A stretch of DNA of 41,355 nucleotides from Parcubacteria group bacterium (GCA_046599035.1 JBKJHK010000003.1:1-41355); one strand, 5' to 3'. Positions 24,346-33,459 are shown, counted from the stretch's first letter. The notes: generated by a model from the letters alone, not told the origin. Numbers and translations: made by a program.

Positions 24346-25281
24346 TTAATGCATCATTGCTCCTCCTGATTGATTCGTTTGTCCCTTAGCCACATTTACC
24401 ACAAAGTCAGAGGTAATAATATTTCCTTCGTGTTGGAACTGCGAGAAAAGTTTATAATTTCCGGCTTCAGGAAACGTAATCTCGAAGTTAACTTTTCCTG
24501 TTTGAATATCAGTAAGCTTTTGGGTTGCATGAGCATGAATGAACTGAAGATCACTTTCTCGCAGAACAACAGTGTGTCCAAGCGCCCCTAAATACTTTTC
24601 TAGATTTGTGACAGATTTTCCGTCTTTTTTAATTTCAAAGTCAAATCCTGTTGATTTTCCTGATTCGATAGAAGGCAGGGCTGAAACTAAGCTAACCTGA
24701 TACCTGTCAAATATTTTACTCGTAGTGGTGTCTCCAATGGATTGTGGTTTGTAATTTGCCTGACTTCCTACTCTTATGTCTTCGGATATAATAACTGGTA
24801 ACTTAGTGCCATTTTGGTCCATTTGACTTGTGGTTGGAGTAAAGTCTGCAAAAATGCGGTAATCTCCATCGGATGGTAGAGTGAGGTCGGAAAAAGCAAA
24901 TTCTCCTGTTGTTTGATTAAATTCCGGATGTACATGCTGGAAGTTAGCAAGGTCTTTTCGGACAATTATAAAATGCATACGTTTCTCATGGACAACATCA
25001 AGATTTTTTAAAGTATTTCCTTGATCGTCAATAATTGAGTATGTGAAGCTCGTAGGAGTATTGGGTGCAAAGCTTTTTATATCAGCATTAGATTTTATGC
25101 AATAGCTTCTGTGACTTTGGATTGGCATCGTATCAATCAGTGTGCCACCTGACGAACAATAAACCTTGCCCTGATCTTTAGTGAAGACTTGTGGATTTTT
25201 ATCCGACTTATTTAAAGTAAATATTCCCCCTGCGACTATAACTACTACTAAGATAATTCCTATAAGTATTTTTTTGTTCAT
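24346..25281 (-). CDS. secreted or anchored protein with two His-motif beta-sandwich-like modules (putative metal binding)
   Basis: 311 aa with an N-terminal TM/signal segment. The repeated motifs MHFIIVRKDLANFQHVHPE and LQFIHAHAT are each followed by a GDY/GNYK.F beta-strand pattern. Confidence 0.6.
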   Translation of the reverse strand: MNKKILIGIILVVVIVAGGIFTLNKSDKNPQVFTKDQGKVYCSSGGTLIDTMPIQSHRSYCIKSNADIKSFAPNTPTSFTYSIIDDQGNTLKNLDVVHEKRMHFIIVRKDLANFQHVHPEFNQTTGEFAFSDLTLPSDGDYRIFADFTPTTSQMDQNGTKLPVIISEDIRVGSQANYKPQSIGDTTTSKIFDRYQVSLVSALPSIESGKSTGFDFEIKKDGKSVTNLEKYLGALGHTVVLRESDLQFIHAHATQKLTDIQTGKVNFEITFPEAGNYKLFSQFQHEGNIITSDFVVNVAKGQTNQSGGAMMH

Positions 25282-25292
25282 GTAATTATAGT

Positions 25293-25682
25293 TTAGTTTT
25301 TAAATTCAACTTCAAACGGGTACATCCCCATCCCACAGGTCCCCTCTAGAGTAGCTACTTTTTGTGTACCAATATCAATATCAGTCGAGCCAGTTTGCGG
25401 AAGCACCTGGCTTATATCCATGCTCGGAATACGGACCGATGAGGAACAGTCGAATGTTCCGCTCGTATCGAATCGTATGACTGTAGGAATGCCTGCGCGA
25501 GCGATGCTCTTTCGTGGCTCGTATCCGCTTTTAGCATTAATGGTGATGATCTGTTTTCCATCGACGATAACAACATTATTTACATTTACCACCGGCTCTG
25601 TGCTTCCAGCATTTTTTGTAAGCATAAAAGCTCCTCCAATGAGAACGCCTGCTACAATTATTGATATAATGGTTGATTTCAT
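25293..25682 (-). CDS. cupredoxin-like small secreted protein with a C...CGMGM motif
   Basis: 129 aa with an N-terminal TM segment. The pattern GYEPRKSIARAGIPTVIRFDT...FDCSSSVRIP...GTCGMGMYPFEVEF is seen in cupredoxin-type proteins encoded beside HMA/TauE genes. Confidence 0.65.
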   Translation of the reverse strand: MKSTIISIIVAGVLIGGAFMLTKNAGSTEPVVNVNNVVIVDGKQIITINAKSGYEPRKSIARAGIPTVIRFDTSGTFDCSSSVRIPSMDISQVLPQTGSTDIDIGTQKVATLEGTCGMGMYPFEVEFKN

Positions 25683-25745
25683 AGATTTTCTTTATTAGTT
25701 CCTCAGCTCAGAAATGGTAAATAACCTGGACTCTGCGCCTTTGGT

Positions 25746-26171
25746 TCAATACCATTTATTATATACTAATCGAGTGAGGAAAAAAACAATGGGAACTATA
25801 ATGATCATTTGTAAAATTGGTGTAAAACCCACATCAAGAAACGGGATGGTGGGCATGAGCTCGTTGTAGGACCATCTTTCAGTTCCTAGTCCATAAAGCT
25901 CAATTATTACAGCAAAAATTAGACTAACAACCAAAAGAATAGTTAATTTTCCTTTTGAGAAATACTGAAACCAATTCCATCCTCTAAAAACAAAGGACAT
26001 TATAAGATATATCAAAGTGATTATCACAACATCTCCTAGGGTTGCCGCCAAGCACATCAAAAAACTGGACAAAAATCCATCATACCCATTATACAAAAAC
26101 ATTTGTCCGTTCTCCCAAATTAAATTGAGAAAAAATGAAGTTATAAGTGCTGTCGCAATCGTTTTTTTCAT
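25746..26171 (-). CDS. hypothetical 4-TM membrane protein
   Basis: 141 aa from ATG 26171 (MKKTIATALITSFF). The longer track ORF would overlap the upstream gene. Confidence 0.55.
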   Translation of the reverse strand: MKKTIATALITSFFLNLIWENGQMFLYNGYDGFLSSFLMCLAATLGDVVIITLIYLIMSFVFRGWNWFQYFSKGKLTILLVVSLIFAVIIELYGLGTERWSYNELMPTIPFLDVGFTPILQMIIIVPIVFFLTRLVYNKWY

Positions 26172-26184
26172 ACTGAATATTAAT

Positions 26185-27234
26185 CTAGAAATTAAACAAG
26201 GGTGGAATAACCCCAATCACCACCAAACTATTCAAAAGATTGAATAGTGCAAACATAATCACCACAAGTCCTGCAGTCTTGAAGAAAACTCCCGACTTTG
26301 AACTGTTTTGAATACTGAATGAACTGAAGCTCAGGAGTGCAAGTACAGGAAATGTTCCTAGGGCAAATGCAAGCATGGTGAGACCTCCAGTGATAAAGCT
26401 CCCTGTACTTAAGGCATAGAGTTGCATTGACTGAGTAAACCCGCACGGCAAGAAGAACGTAGCGACACCCACAAGTAGTGGCGTGAGTACGTGATTCAAT
26501 TTACTTACACCGAGTGCGTGTTTTGAGAGAAATTTTGGCATACTCGGCTCTAGTTTTTTTACCCATGGAAAAACATCGAGAAGATTTATACCCAGAATAA
26601 GCATGACGATGCCAATAATGAGGCTCAGTACAAAAGTTCCTGAGGTGTTTAATGTAAAGGCTGATCCGATTGCTCCGATAATCCCCCCAAGAATAAAAAA
26701 TGAAACTATTCGACCAGCATGGAACATAAGCTGGGGCTTTATTTTATCACCTCCTTTCGCAAAGGTGGCCGACATTGAAAGGAGAAGACCTCCGACCACA
26801 GCCATGCAGGTCGAAAGTGAAGCAATGATACCAATCGTAAATGCCGTGCCGTACGTGACATTTCCCCCTCCAACCAAGTTAACAAGACCGATCTTTTGAA
26901 GGACAATAAACAAAACTGCAAATCCAACTGCAATCGGAACTGCAATGTTAAAATCAGACCACTTATTTTCCCCACTATTATTTTCTTTTTTTATAGAGAC
27001 AGTGTAGCCATAAGGTTTGAGCGGTATAGTTAACTCTTCTGCAATCTGCTCCTGTGTTTTGTCGCCAAAGTCACCACTTACTTCCACCGAATGATTTTCG
27101 AGGTTTGATGTTGCGTGAGTAATATAAGGTAAGTCTTTCAACTCACTTTCAGTCATGAAGACACATGCATTACAATGCATGCCGTGAACATGGAAGGTAT
27201 ACCTCTGCAAATTATTTTTATTGTTGGTAATCAT
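26185..27234 (-). CDS. HMA domain fused to a TauE/SafE-like (sulfite-exporter family) membrane domain
   Basis: 349 aa with an N-terminal HMA domain (VHGMHCNAC) and then about 7 TM segments carrying Gly-rich motifs and a conserved Cys (SLSTCMAVVGG). Confidence 0.85.
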   Translation of the reverse strand: MITNNKNNLQRYTFHVHGMHCNACVFMTESELKDLPYITHATSNLENHSVEVSGDFGDKTQEQIAEELTIPLKPYGYTVSIKKENNSGENKWSDFNIAVPIAVGFAVLFIVLQKIGLVNLVGGGNVTYGTAFTIGIIASLSTCMAVVGGLLLSMSATFAKGGDKIKPQLMFHAGRIVSFFILGGIIGAIGSAFTLNTSGTFVLSLIIGIVMLILGINLLDVFPWVKKLEPSMPKFLSKHALGVSKLNHVLTPLLVGVATFFLPCGFTQSMQLYALSTGSFITGGLTMLAFALGTFPVLALLSFSSFSIQNSSKSGVFFKTAGLVVIMFALFNLLNSLVVIGVIPPLFNF

Positions 27235-27251
27235 AATAATTATTCTATTTG

Positions 27252-29549
27252 TTATAGTGACTTAGCCTTAATTCGAAGTGAATTCGACACGACCGACACA
27301 CTTGATAATGCCATCGCTAATCCTGCAAACACCGGATTGAGGAGCCAACCAAAGATCGGGTAAAATATCCCTGCCGCAAGAGGAATACCTACGATGTTGT
27401 AGATAAATGCCCAAAAGAGATTTTGCTTAATACCTCGCATGGTCATTTTCGATAGCTTTATCGCCTTCACCAATTTTGAAATGTCACCACCAAGAAGCGT
27501 AATACCCGCCGATTCTATTGCAACGTCAGTTCCTGTACCCATCGCAATACCTACGTCCGCCTGTGCAAGCGCCGGAGCGTCATTTACACCATCCCCTGCC
27601 ATTGCTACGATTCTTCCCTGTGACTGCAGCTCTTTAATTTTTTCTAGTTTATCTTGTGGTAAGACATGAGCCACGACGTCAGTAATACCGACCAGGGACC
27701 CAATATATTTTGCGGTCTTTTCATCATCACCAGTAAGCATCACTACTTTAATCCCGAGGGCATGGAGATCTTTCACTGCCTCGACTGATTCTTCTTTTAT
27801 CGGGTCAGACACCATTACAAAACCGAGGACTTTTTCTTTAGTTGCGAGAATAACAGGGGTCTTACCTTGCAACGTAAATTCATGTAACGTTTCAGCATCA
27901 AAAGAAATATTGAGATCATGTATAAGTTTTGTATTACCGACAAAATATTCTACACCATTAACTCTGCCCTTAAGTCCTTTACCTTGCATACCTTCAAAAT
28001 TCGAGATTTCTGATACGGGAATATTTTTCTCCTCTGCGTAACTTACAATTGCATGAGCGATCGGATGCTCGGACTTCTTTTCAAGTGAGGCGAGTATTGA
28101 TACTAATTCTTCGTTTTTCTCACCTGATAGACTAACTATGTCTACAAGCGTCGGCTTCCCTTTTGTAATCGTACCTGTCTTGTCCACCACTACCGTATCT
28201 ACCTTGTGAAGTTTCTCAAGTGTAGCTGCGTCCTTTATTAAAATACCCTCTTTTGCTCCTTTGCCGACTCCGACAATGATAGCTGTTGGTGTTGCCAGTC
28301 CAAGTGCACACGGACAAGCAATAACAAGGACTCCGACAAATGAAACAAGGCCATATGAGAGTGCTTGCGAGAATCCAAGTGCAGGAGTTCCAAAGAATAA
28401 CCATGCTCCGAGTGAAAGAACTGCAATGACAAGTACGATAGGAACAAATACTGACGATATTTTATCTGCCAGTGCTTGGATCGGGGCACGACTTCCTTGG
28501 GCTTCTTCCACCATTTTTATGATCGAAGCGAGCAGTGTTTCAGACCCGACTTTAGTTGCTTTGAAAATGAATGCTCCGTTTGTATTAATTGTTCCCGCAA
28601 CAACAGAGTCTCCTATGTTCTTCTGGGCAGGCATTGGTTCACCAGTCACCATTGATTCATCTACAAACGATGAGCCTTCACTTACGACGCCATCAACCGG
28701 AATTTTCGCACCTGGTTTTATGATAATCAAATCTCCATGCTTCACTTCATGTACAGATATTTCTACTTCTTTTCTATCACGCATTACGAGTGCAGTTTTT
28801 GCCTGTAAGTTGAGAAGTTTTTCAATAGCGTCCCCTGTCTTTATTTTTGATCGAGCTTCCAAATATTTACCAAGCGCAATAAAGGTGATGACCACAATCG
28901 TAACGTCGTAGTAGGTGTGATCCACGTTTATAAACGGACGAAGTGATTCTTCAAAAGCTGTGATAACAAAACTATACACGTACGCTGCGACTGTTCCGAT
29001 ACCAATGAGCGTGTCCATGTTGGCCTTGCCATAACGGAGAAAGCGATAGAAACCAAGAAGGTACGGCTTACCCACCACGAAAAGCATGTATGTCGCCATA
29101 AGAGGTAGCAGGTGGTGGACAAACTCATACACAGTGGTGCTCATTTCTGAAACAGCACCATATTCCGCCAAAATATCCCAAGTCATAATAACTATACTGA
29201 AAATTGCGAGCGGTATAGCTGATACCACCAATGTCTTTTGACTTGCTACTTCAGCGAGCTTTTCCTTCTTTGATTGATTCAAGCCAAGATGCCCTCTGTG
29301 CTCATCTGCAGTCATCCCCATCTCCTCTGCAGTCTGCCCCATAATAAGAGAATACCCTAATGGTTCGATTTTTTTCGAAAGGTGGTGTGGGTTTGTTTTC
29401 GATTCATCGAAAGACACCTGAGCGGTTTCCGTACCGTAGTTAACCTCTGCGGATTCTACACCGTCAGTTTTCCTGAACGTCTTCTCAATGATACTTGCAC
29501 AGGAAGCGCAATGCATTCCTTTTATGTGATATGTTTTAGATGTATTCAT
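27252..29549 (-). CDS. copA: Cu(I)-translocating P1B-1 ATPase
   Basis: 765 aa with an N-terminal HMA domain (GMHCASCAS), the TM motif CPCALGLATP, DKTGTIT, GDGVNDAPAL, YN(x)4P and MALSSVSV. Confidence 0.95.
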   Translation of the reverse strand: MNTSKTYHIKGMHCASCASIIEKTFRKTDGVESAEVNYGTETAQVSFDESKTNPHHLSKKIEPLGYSLIMGQTAEEMGMTADEHRGHLGLNQSKKEKLAEVASQKTLVVSAIPLAIFSIVIMTWDILAEYGAVSEMSTTVYEFVHHLLPLMATYMLFVVGKPYLLGFYRFLRYGKANMDTLIGIGTVAAYVYSFVITAFEESLRPFINVDHTYYDVTIVVITFIALGKYLEARSKIKTGDAIEKLLNLQAKTALVMRDRKEVEISVHEVKHGDLIIIKPGAKIPVDGVVSEGSSFVDESMVTGEPMPAQKNIGDSVVAGTINTNGAFIFKATKVGSETLLASIIKMVEEAQGSRAPIQALADKISSVFVPIVLVIAVLSLGAWLFFGTPALGFSQALSYGLVSFVGVLVIACPCALGLATPTAIIVGVGKGAKEGILIKDAATLEKLHKVDTVVVDKTGTITKGKPTLVDIVSLSGEKNEELVSILASLEKKSEHPIAHAIVSYAEEKNIPVSEISNFEGMQGKGLKGRVNGVEYFVGNTKLIHDLNISFDAETLHEFTLQGKTPVILATKEKVLGFVMVSDPIKEESVEAVKDLHALGIKVVMLTGDDEKTAKYIGSLVGITDVVAHVLPQDKLEKIKELQSQGRIVAMAGDGVNDAPALAQADVGIAMGTGTDVAIESAGITLLGGDISKLVKAIKLSKMTMRGIKQNLFWAFIYNIVGIPLAAGIFYPIFGWLLNPVFAGLAMALSSVSVVSNSLRIKAKSL

Positions 29550-29553
29550 AAAA

Positions 29554-29817
29554 TTACTTTCGCTTAAGGCGATATACTTTTAATATTTCATCAATCGGTT
29601 TCTTTTGCTCTCCTTTCTTTATCTGGCTTATAACACAGGTACTCAAATGATTCTCCATCAGTGCATCCTCTATACCTGAAAGAGCCTGCTTGACTGCCGA
29701 TGTCTGAGTAATCACATCAATGCAGTATGCATTTTTTTCTATCATGTCCTGCAGTCCACGTACCTGCCCTTCTATAATCTTGAGTCGCCGAATTAATTTA
29801 GTTTTATGTTCGTTCAT
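29554..29817 (-). CDS. csoR: copper-sensing repressor CsoR (x-C-H-C fingerprint)
   Basis: 87 aa from ATG 29817 (MNEHKTKLIRRLKIIEGQVRGL) with Cys32, His57 and Cys61. The longer track ORF would read through the operator. Confidence 0.92.
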   Translation of the reverse strand: MNEHKTKLIRRLKIIEGQVRGLQDMIEKNAYCIDVITQTSAVKQALSGIEDALMENHLSTCVISQIKKGEQKKPIDEILKVYRLKRK

Positions 29818-29818
29818 A

Positions 29819-29853
29819 GACCCATTATACCCCCATGGGGTATAATGGGTCAA
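29819..29853. promoter_or_regulatory. CsoR operator (perfect 15-3-15 palindrome) overlapping the csoR-copA promoter
   Basis: GACCCATTATACCCC-CAT-GGGGTATAATGGGTC (29819-29851) contains the ATACCCC/GGGGTAT core. On the minus strand, TTGACC (29848-29853), an 18-nt spacer and TATAAT (29824-29829) lie only 6 nt before the ATG. Confidence 0.75.
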
Positions 29854-30009
29854 CTGATTTTGTGTTAATCCTCTAGACTGCAATCATACTGAGTTAGAAC
29901 TAAAAAATCCTTACTAATTAATAATTTTTAGTTGAATTTTATTCTCGGTGCCACATTAGAAGATGTTAGAACTGTGCTTGAGAGAAAAAATGCTATGCCA
30001 ATTTCATAC

Positions 30010-30693
30010 TTACTTTTGCAATATAATAAAAAGATGTTCATGTGGAAAAAATAATTCATTTCCTTTTTTAAATTCACTTTGTAATTTATCTGCAATCTTA
30101 TCTTGCCATTTATTTTTTTCTAACTTTAAAGACCAACAAATGACATCAATCAAATCATTAACGTTTGCAGTCTTTTCAGTACTTATAATTTTTTTTATTT
30201 TTGGTTGACCGAGTTTATTGAGTATTCGCATCATTTCATTGTATTTATCCCCATCGTATATTTCACATTTTCCCATAAGTTCACACTCAAATTTTGATAA
30301 AGTATCATTTGCTCCTTTAAAAGTAATTATGACCAAATATCCACTGTTGTTTACAAGACTCCATGCTTTGTGTAAAAATAATTCATATTCACTAATTATT
30401 TCTGGTATTGAATGTGAAGACAACACTAAATCAAATTTTTCTTCTATTTCGCAGGGAAATTTTTTATTAATAACTGGAATATTTGCTTCTAGCAATTTCT
30501 TAGCTCTCTTTTCGTCTTGCTCAATAGCTTGATATTTTTTGACACTTTCCTTGTAAGATTTCGCTGTTTTTAAATCCCCTGCTCCAATGTCTAACATTGA
30601 AGTTACTTCGCAAGAGAAGATCAAATCTAAAACAGCTTTTACCAAAATATCCTTTTGATTATAGGTGTATGAACCAGAAAAATTAAAATCCAT
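30010..30693 (-). CDS. class I SAM-dependent methyltransferase (very AT-rich)
   Basis: 227 aa with motif I (MLDIGAGDLKTA) and the post-I/II spacing typical of the Methyltransf_11/23 type. Confidence 0.7.
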   Translation of the reverse strand: MDFNFSGSYTYNQKDILVKAVLDLIFSCEVTSMLDIGAGDLKTAKSYKESVKKYQAIEQDEKRAKKLLEANIPVINKKFPCEIEEKFDLVLSSHSIPEIISEYELFLHKAWSLVNNSGYLVIITFKGANDTLSKFECELMGKCEIYDGDKYNEMMRILNKLGQPKIKKIISTEKTANVNDLIDVICWSLKLEKNKWQDKIADKLQSEFKKGNELFFPHEHLFIILQK

Positions 30694-30715
30694 ACAAAAA
30701 GTCTATCATGATAAA

Positions 30716-30748
30716 CTAAAAAATCCCTACAATGTAGGGATTTTTTAG
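30716..30748. terminator. bidirectional hairpin terminator after tRNA-His
   Basis: CTAAAAAATCCCTA-CAATG-TAGGGATTTTTTAG. Confidence 0.6.
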
Positions 30749-30774
30749 TATTTGACAAAACATATTTTATATTA

Positions 30775-30850
30775 TGGGGTGACTAGAGGGAATCGAACCC
30801 TCATTTTTGCTTCCACAAAGCAAAGTCCTAACCGTTGAACGATAGCCACC
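30775..30850 (-). tRNA. tRNA-His (GTG)
   Basis: Hand-folded 76-nt cloverleaf with G(-1), acceptor GTGGCTA/TAGTCAC, anticodon arm TTGCT-TTGTGGA-AGCAA, T arm GAGGG-TTCGATT-CCCTC and an encoded CCA. Confidence 0.9.
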
Positions 30851-30921
30851 ATAAAAGCTTAACGGAATGATTAAGCCACTTCTTTATACCAGAAAAATTA
30901 GTAAAAATCTAGCTCAAAATG

Positions 30922-31245
30922 CTAACCTAGAAATATCTCTTTAAACTTTTCCAAAACCCTACTCATATCCTGCCTCTCAATACCACCTATTTTTCCCAGT
31001 ATCATCTTCTTTTCCAAGGTAGCTATCTTTTGTGGAAGGAGGAAGGAATTCTGCTTCAAGCCGTTACTTTTGCTTTGCACCACCAAAACAAAGTTTTTTG
31101 TATTCGGTTTTTTAGAAGTGAAGAAACACAAGACCACATCATTACCAAGTGGTTTCTTTGAGATTATGAGCGCAGGTCTCACCTTCTCGCTCGACAGGTC
31201 GGTGAACGGAAAAGGTACAAGAACGATATTACCTTGATCGTACAT
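30922..31245 (-). CDS. type II toxin, PemK/MazF family endoribonuclease
   Basis: 107 aa. GNIVLVPFPFTDLSSEKVRPALIIS is the canonical MazF/PemK N-terminal motif. Confidence 0.9.
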   Translation of the reverse strand: MYDQGNIVLVPFPFTDLSSEKVRPALIISKKPLGNDVVLCFFTSKKPNTKNFVLVVQSKSNGLKQNSFLLPQKIATLEKKMILGKIGGIERQDMSRVLEKFKEIFLG

Positions 31246-31495
31246 GTTTTTTAATTATGTCAGAAGCAGAGTAGAGATCAGGCTCTGATTTTAAAAACTG
31301 AAAGCTTTGAGAGTACGCATTTATATTTGAAAGGAGAGACAGATTTGGATTATACGCTTCAGGGAATTTCATAATGATTACCTCCGGATTTTTATGCGAA
31401 CCAATGACAAAAACCTCATTAGTCAGTCTAACCTTCTCTATAAGCACTCTCATATTCGCTCGCGCTTTGGTTGTAGATATAGAATTTATTTTCAT
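31229..31495 (-). CDS. antitoxin, Phd/YefM-like
   Basis: 88 aa from ATG 31495 (MKINSISTTKARANMRVLIEKV...EVFVIGSHKNPEVIIM). It overlaps the toxin start by 17 nt. Confidence 0.7.
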   Translation of the reverse strand: MKINSISTTKARANMRVLIEKVRLTNEVFVIGSHKNPEVIIMKFPEAYNPNLSLLSNINAYSQSFQFLKSEPDLYSASDIIKKHVRSR

Positions 31496-31538
31496 ACAAA
31501 TATTGTACATTTTGTACAAAATAAATCAAGACGACTGT

Positions 31539-31976
31539 TTAAAGTCCTTTTAACACATCCCTATATTTCTGCAGTACCACAGCAGTCCCTGAATGAAGAT
31601 TTTCTGGCACCGTATCCAATGTAAACCACTGAATATCGTCAAATTTATGTGGCTCTCCATTTTTTACTTTTTCTGGATCTATCAAGACTGCATGATCGAT
31701 TGCAATCCAATGAGTCGGAGTATCATTATCAATTCGATGCATATCTCTTACGCCGAGGAATAGAACTTCTTTTGCATCAACAGAATATTCTTCCTTGATT
31801 TCTTTCAAAAGCGTATTTTCTACTGTGTCATGAATCTCAAGTCCCCCCCCACCAATATCCCACTTTTCATGTTCATCTCTACAATTTTTACTTCGAAGTT
31901 GCATCAGAAAATTCCCCTTTCCATCATGACAGAAAAATGTCACGCACACTCCGACAAAATCAATTCCTTTTTTCAT
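31539..31976 (-). CDS. NUDIX hydrolase
   Basis: Nudix box GGGGLEIHDTVENTLLKEIKEEYSV. ATG 31976 (MKKGIDFVGV) is preferred over the TTG at 31991. Confidence 0.85.
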   Translation of the reverse strand: MKKGIDFVGVCVTFFCHDGKGNFLMQLRSKNCRDEHEKWDIGGGGLEIHDTVENTLLKEIKEEYSVDAKEVLFLGVRDMHRIDNDTPTHWIAIDHAVLIDPEKVKNGEPHKFDDIQWFTLDTVPENLHSGTAVVLQKYRDVLKGL

Positions 31977-32048
31977 ATTTTTGAATATCAATTATACCAT
32001 ACGGCCCTCCCCTTGCTCGAGTGCGGACTTTCAGCATATACTCAACAC

Positions 32049-33326
32049 ATGAAAACCTCAAAACCGATCGCTTTTGATCCTTACGATTTCTCAAAGACTG
32101 AAGTGAACGGAGTCCCTCTGTATTACAAGAATCTCCCCTGGGCATCATGTATCCATATCTACATGTCATTTGAAATCGGAGCATTTCATGACCCTGTAGA
32201 AAAGGAAGGCCTTTCTCATTTTCTCGAACATATGATTTTTGACGGCTCGCCAAGCTTACCCACCCGGAAAGCAACTCATGAATGGAGAAAAACAGAAACT
32301 CTCGGAAGTTGGAATGCATATACGAGCCACTACAACACCGCCTACCATCTGAAGTGTTTTCCTGAAAAGCTCGAGAGCGTACTTACCCTTATGAAAGAGC
32401 AGATATTCTCTCCCCTCCTTCGAGCAGAAGATGTGGAGCATGAAAGAAAAGTGATCACTCAAGAAGCATGGGGACGGTATCAAAACGAAAAACTTTTGAA
32501 CTATACAAAGGAATACACTGAAAAGATTTTCCCTGGACACTCACTTTCTCGAGTGGCAAGTGCTCTTGGCTGGCCAAAAACAATCCTTGCTATTACAGCA
32601 GAAGATATTAGGATGTGGCACAAAAAGAACTATCACGCGGGCAATCTATCGATCGTGGTGACCGGAAATATTGACGAGCAATCAATCGAAACGTTTCGTA
32701 CCGTGATGAATGACATTCCCCAGAGCGAGAAAAGACCTATACTTAGAGAATTCATACCCACACCTCTTCTGTATGAGATCATAAAGACAGCAGATGAGAT
32801 TGGCCTCGTAAAAGAGCAAGTTGAGATTAGTATTTCAAGTTATAAAAACAAGCCTGAGCACCTCCGAGAACACGAGAGAGCATTTGGTAGTCTTCTCCAC
32901 GATATTCTCCACGAGAAACTACGTGATGAAAATGCATTGTGCTATGGGGTGGGTGTATCCACAAGTCGAGGTACTGACTACGTCAATCTCGGTATCGACA
33001 TCAAAACATCCGAAGAACATATCGATATCGTAAAAAAAATAATACATGAAGAAATCGGGCTTGTACTCGACACCGATACATATAAAGAGCGTTTTGAACA
33101 AGTAAAGACGACAAGTCTAGAACGCCTCCGAGCTGCCGAACATGACTCAGAAGATATTGCTCATAGTTCCACTACTGAGCTCGTACGAAAACAGAAGATT
33201 AAGACCTTGAAGGAAGCAATAGAAAATCGAGAAGCGATGACATTTGAGGATATGCAGAAAGCTGGGAAGTATATGTTTGATCCGAAGTATACAGTGACAG
33301 AGGTGATACTGCCGTCCTTGAAGTAA
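32049..33326 (+). CDS. M16-family (pitrilysin/insulinase-like) zinc peptidase
   Basis: 425 aa from ATG 32049 with the inverted zinc motif HFLEHMIF (HxxEH). The track ORF's 5' extension overlaps the Nudix gene on the opposite strand. Confidence 0.9.
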   Translation: MKTSKPIAFDPYDFSKTEVNGVPLYYKNLPWASCIHIYMSFEIGAFHDPVEKEGLSHFLEHMIFDGSPSLPTRKATHEWRKTETLGSWNAYTSHYNTAYHLKCFPEKLESVLTLMKEQIFSPLLRAEDVEHERKVITQEAWGRYQNEKLLNYTKEYTEKIFPGHSLSRVASALGWPKTILAITAEDIRMWHKKNYHAGNLSIVVTGNIDEQSIETFRTVMNDIPQSEKRPILREFIPTPLLYEIIKTADEIGLVKEQVEISISSYKNKPEHLREHERAFGSLLHDILHEKLRDENALCYGVGVSTSRGTDYVNLGIDIKTSEEHIDIVKKIIHEEIGLVLDTDTYKERFEQVKTTSLERLRAAEHDSEDIAHSSTTELVRKQKIKTLKEAIENREAMTFEDMQKAGKYMFDPKYTVTEVILPSLK

Positions 33327-33327
33327 G

Positions 33328-33401
33328 AAAAAACCGCTCATTCAGTAGACGATTTAGTAAAATCGCCTCGGGGCTGACCTACTGGGTTGAGCGGTTTTTT
33401 T
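33328..33401 (+). terminator. terminator-like conserved hairpin, motif D copy 1
   Basis: AAAAAACCGCTCA-TTCAGTAGA...TGACCTACTGGGT-TGAGCGGTTTTTTT. It shares the inner motif with 35434-35484 and carries a 27-nt nested hairpin insertion. Confidence 0.65.
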
Positions 33402-33459
33402 GATACCCAATACATTTGACTTATTTTTTTAAAAATATACTCTAGTTCTAGGAGTATTC

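Noticed and set aside
31830-32048. N-terminal extension of the M16 peptidase ORF.
   Set aside because: The extension overlaps the Nudix gene on the opposite strand. A promoter-like element and ATG 32049 give a normal M16 N-terminus.
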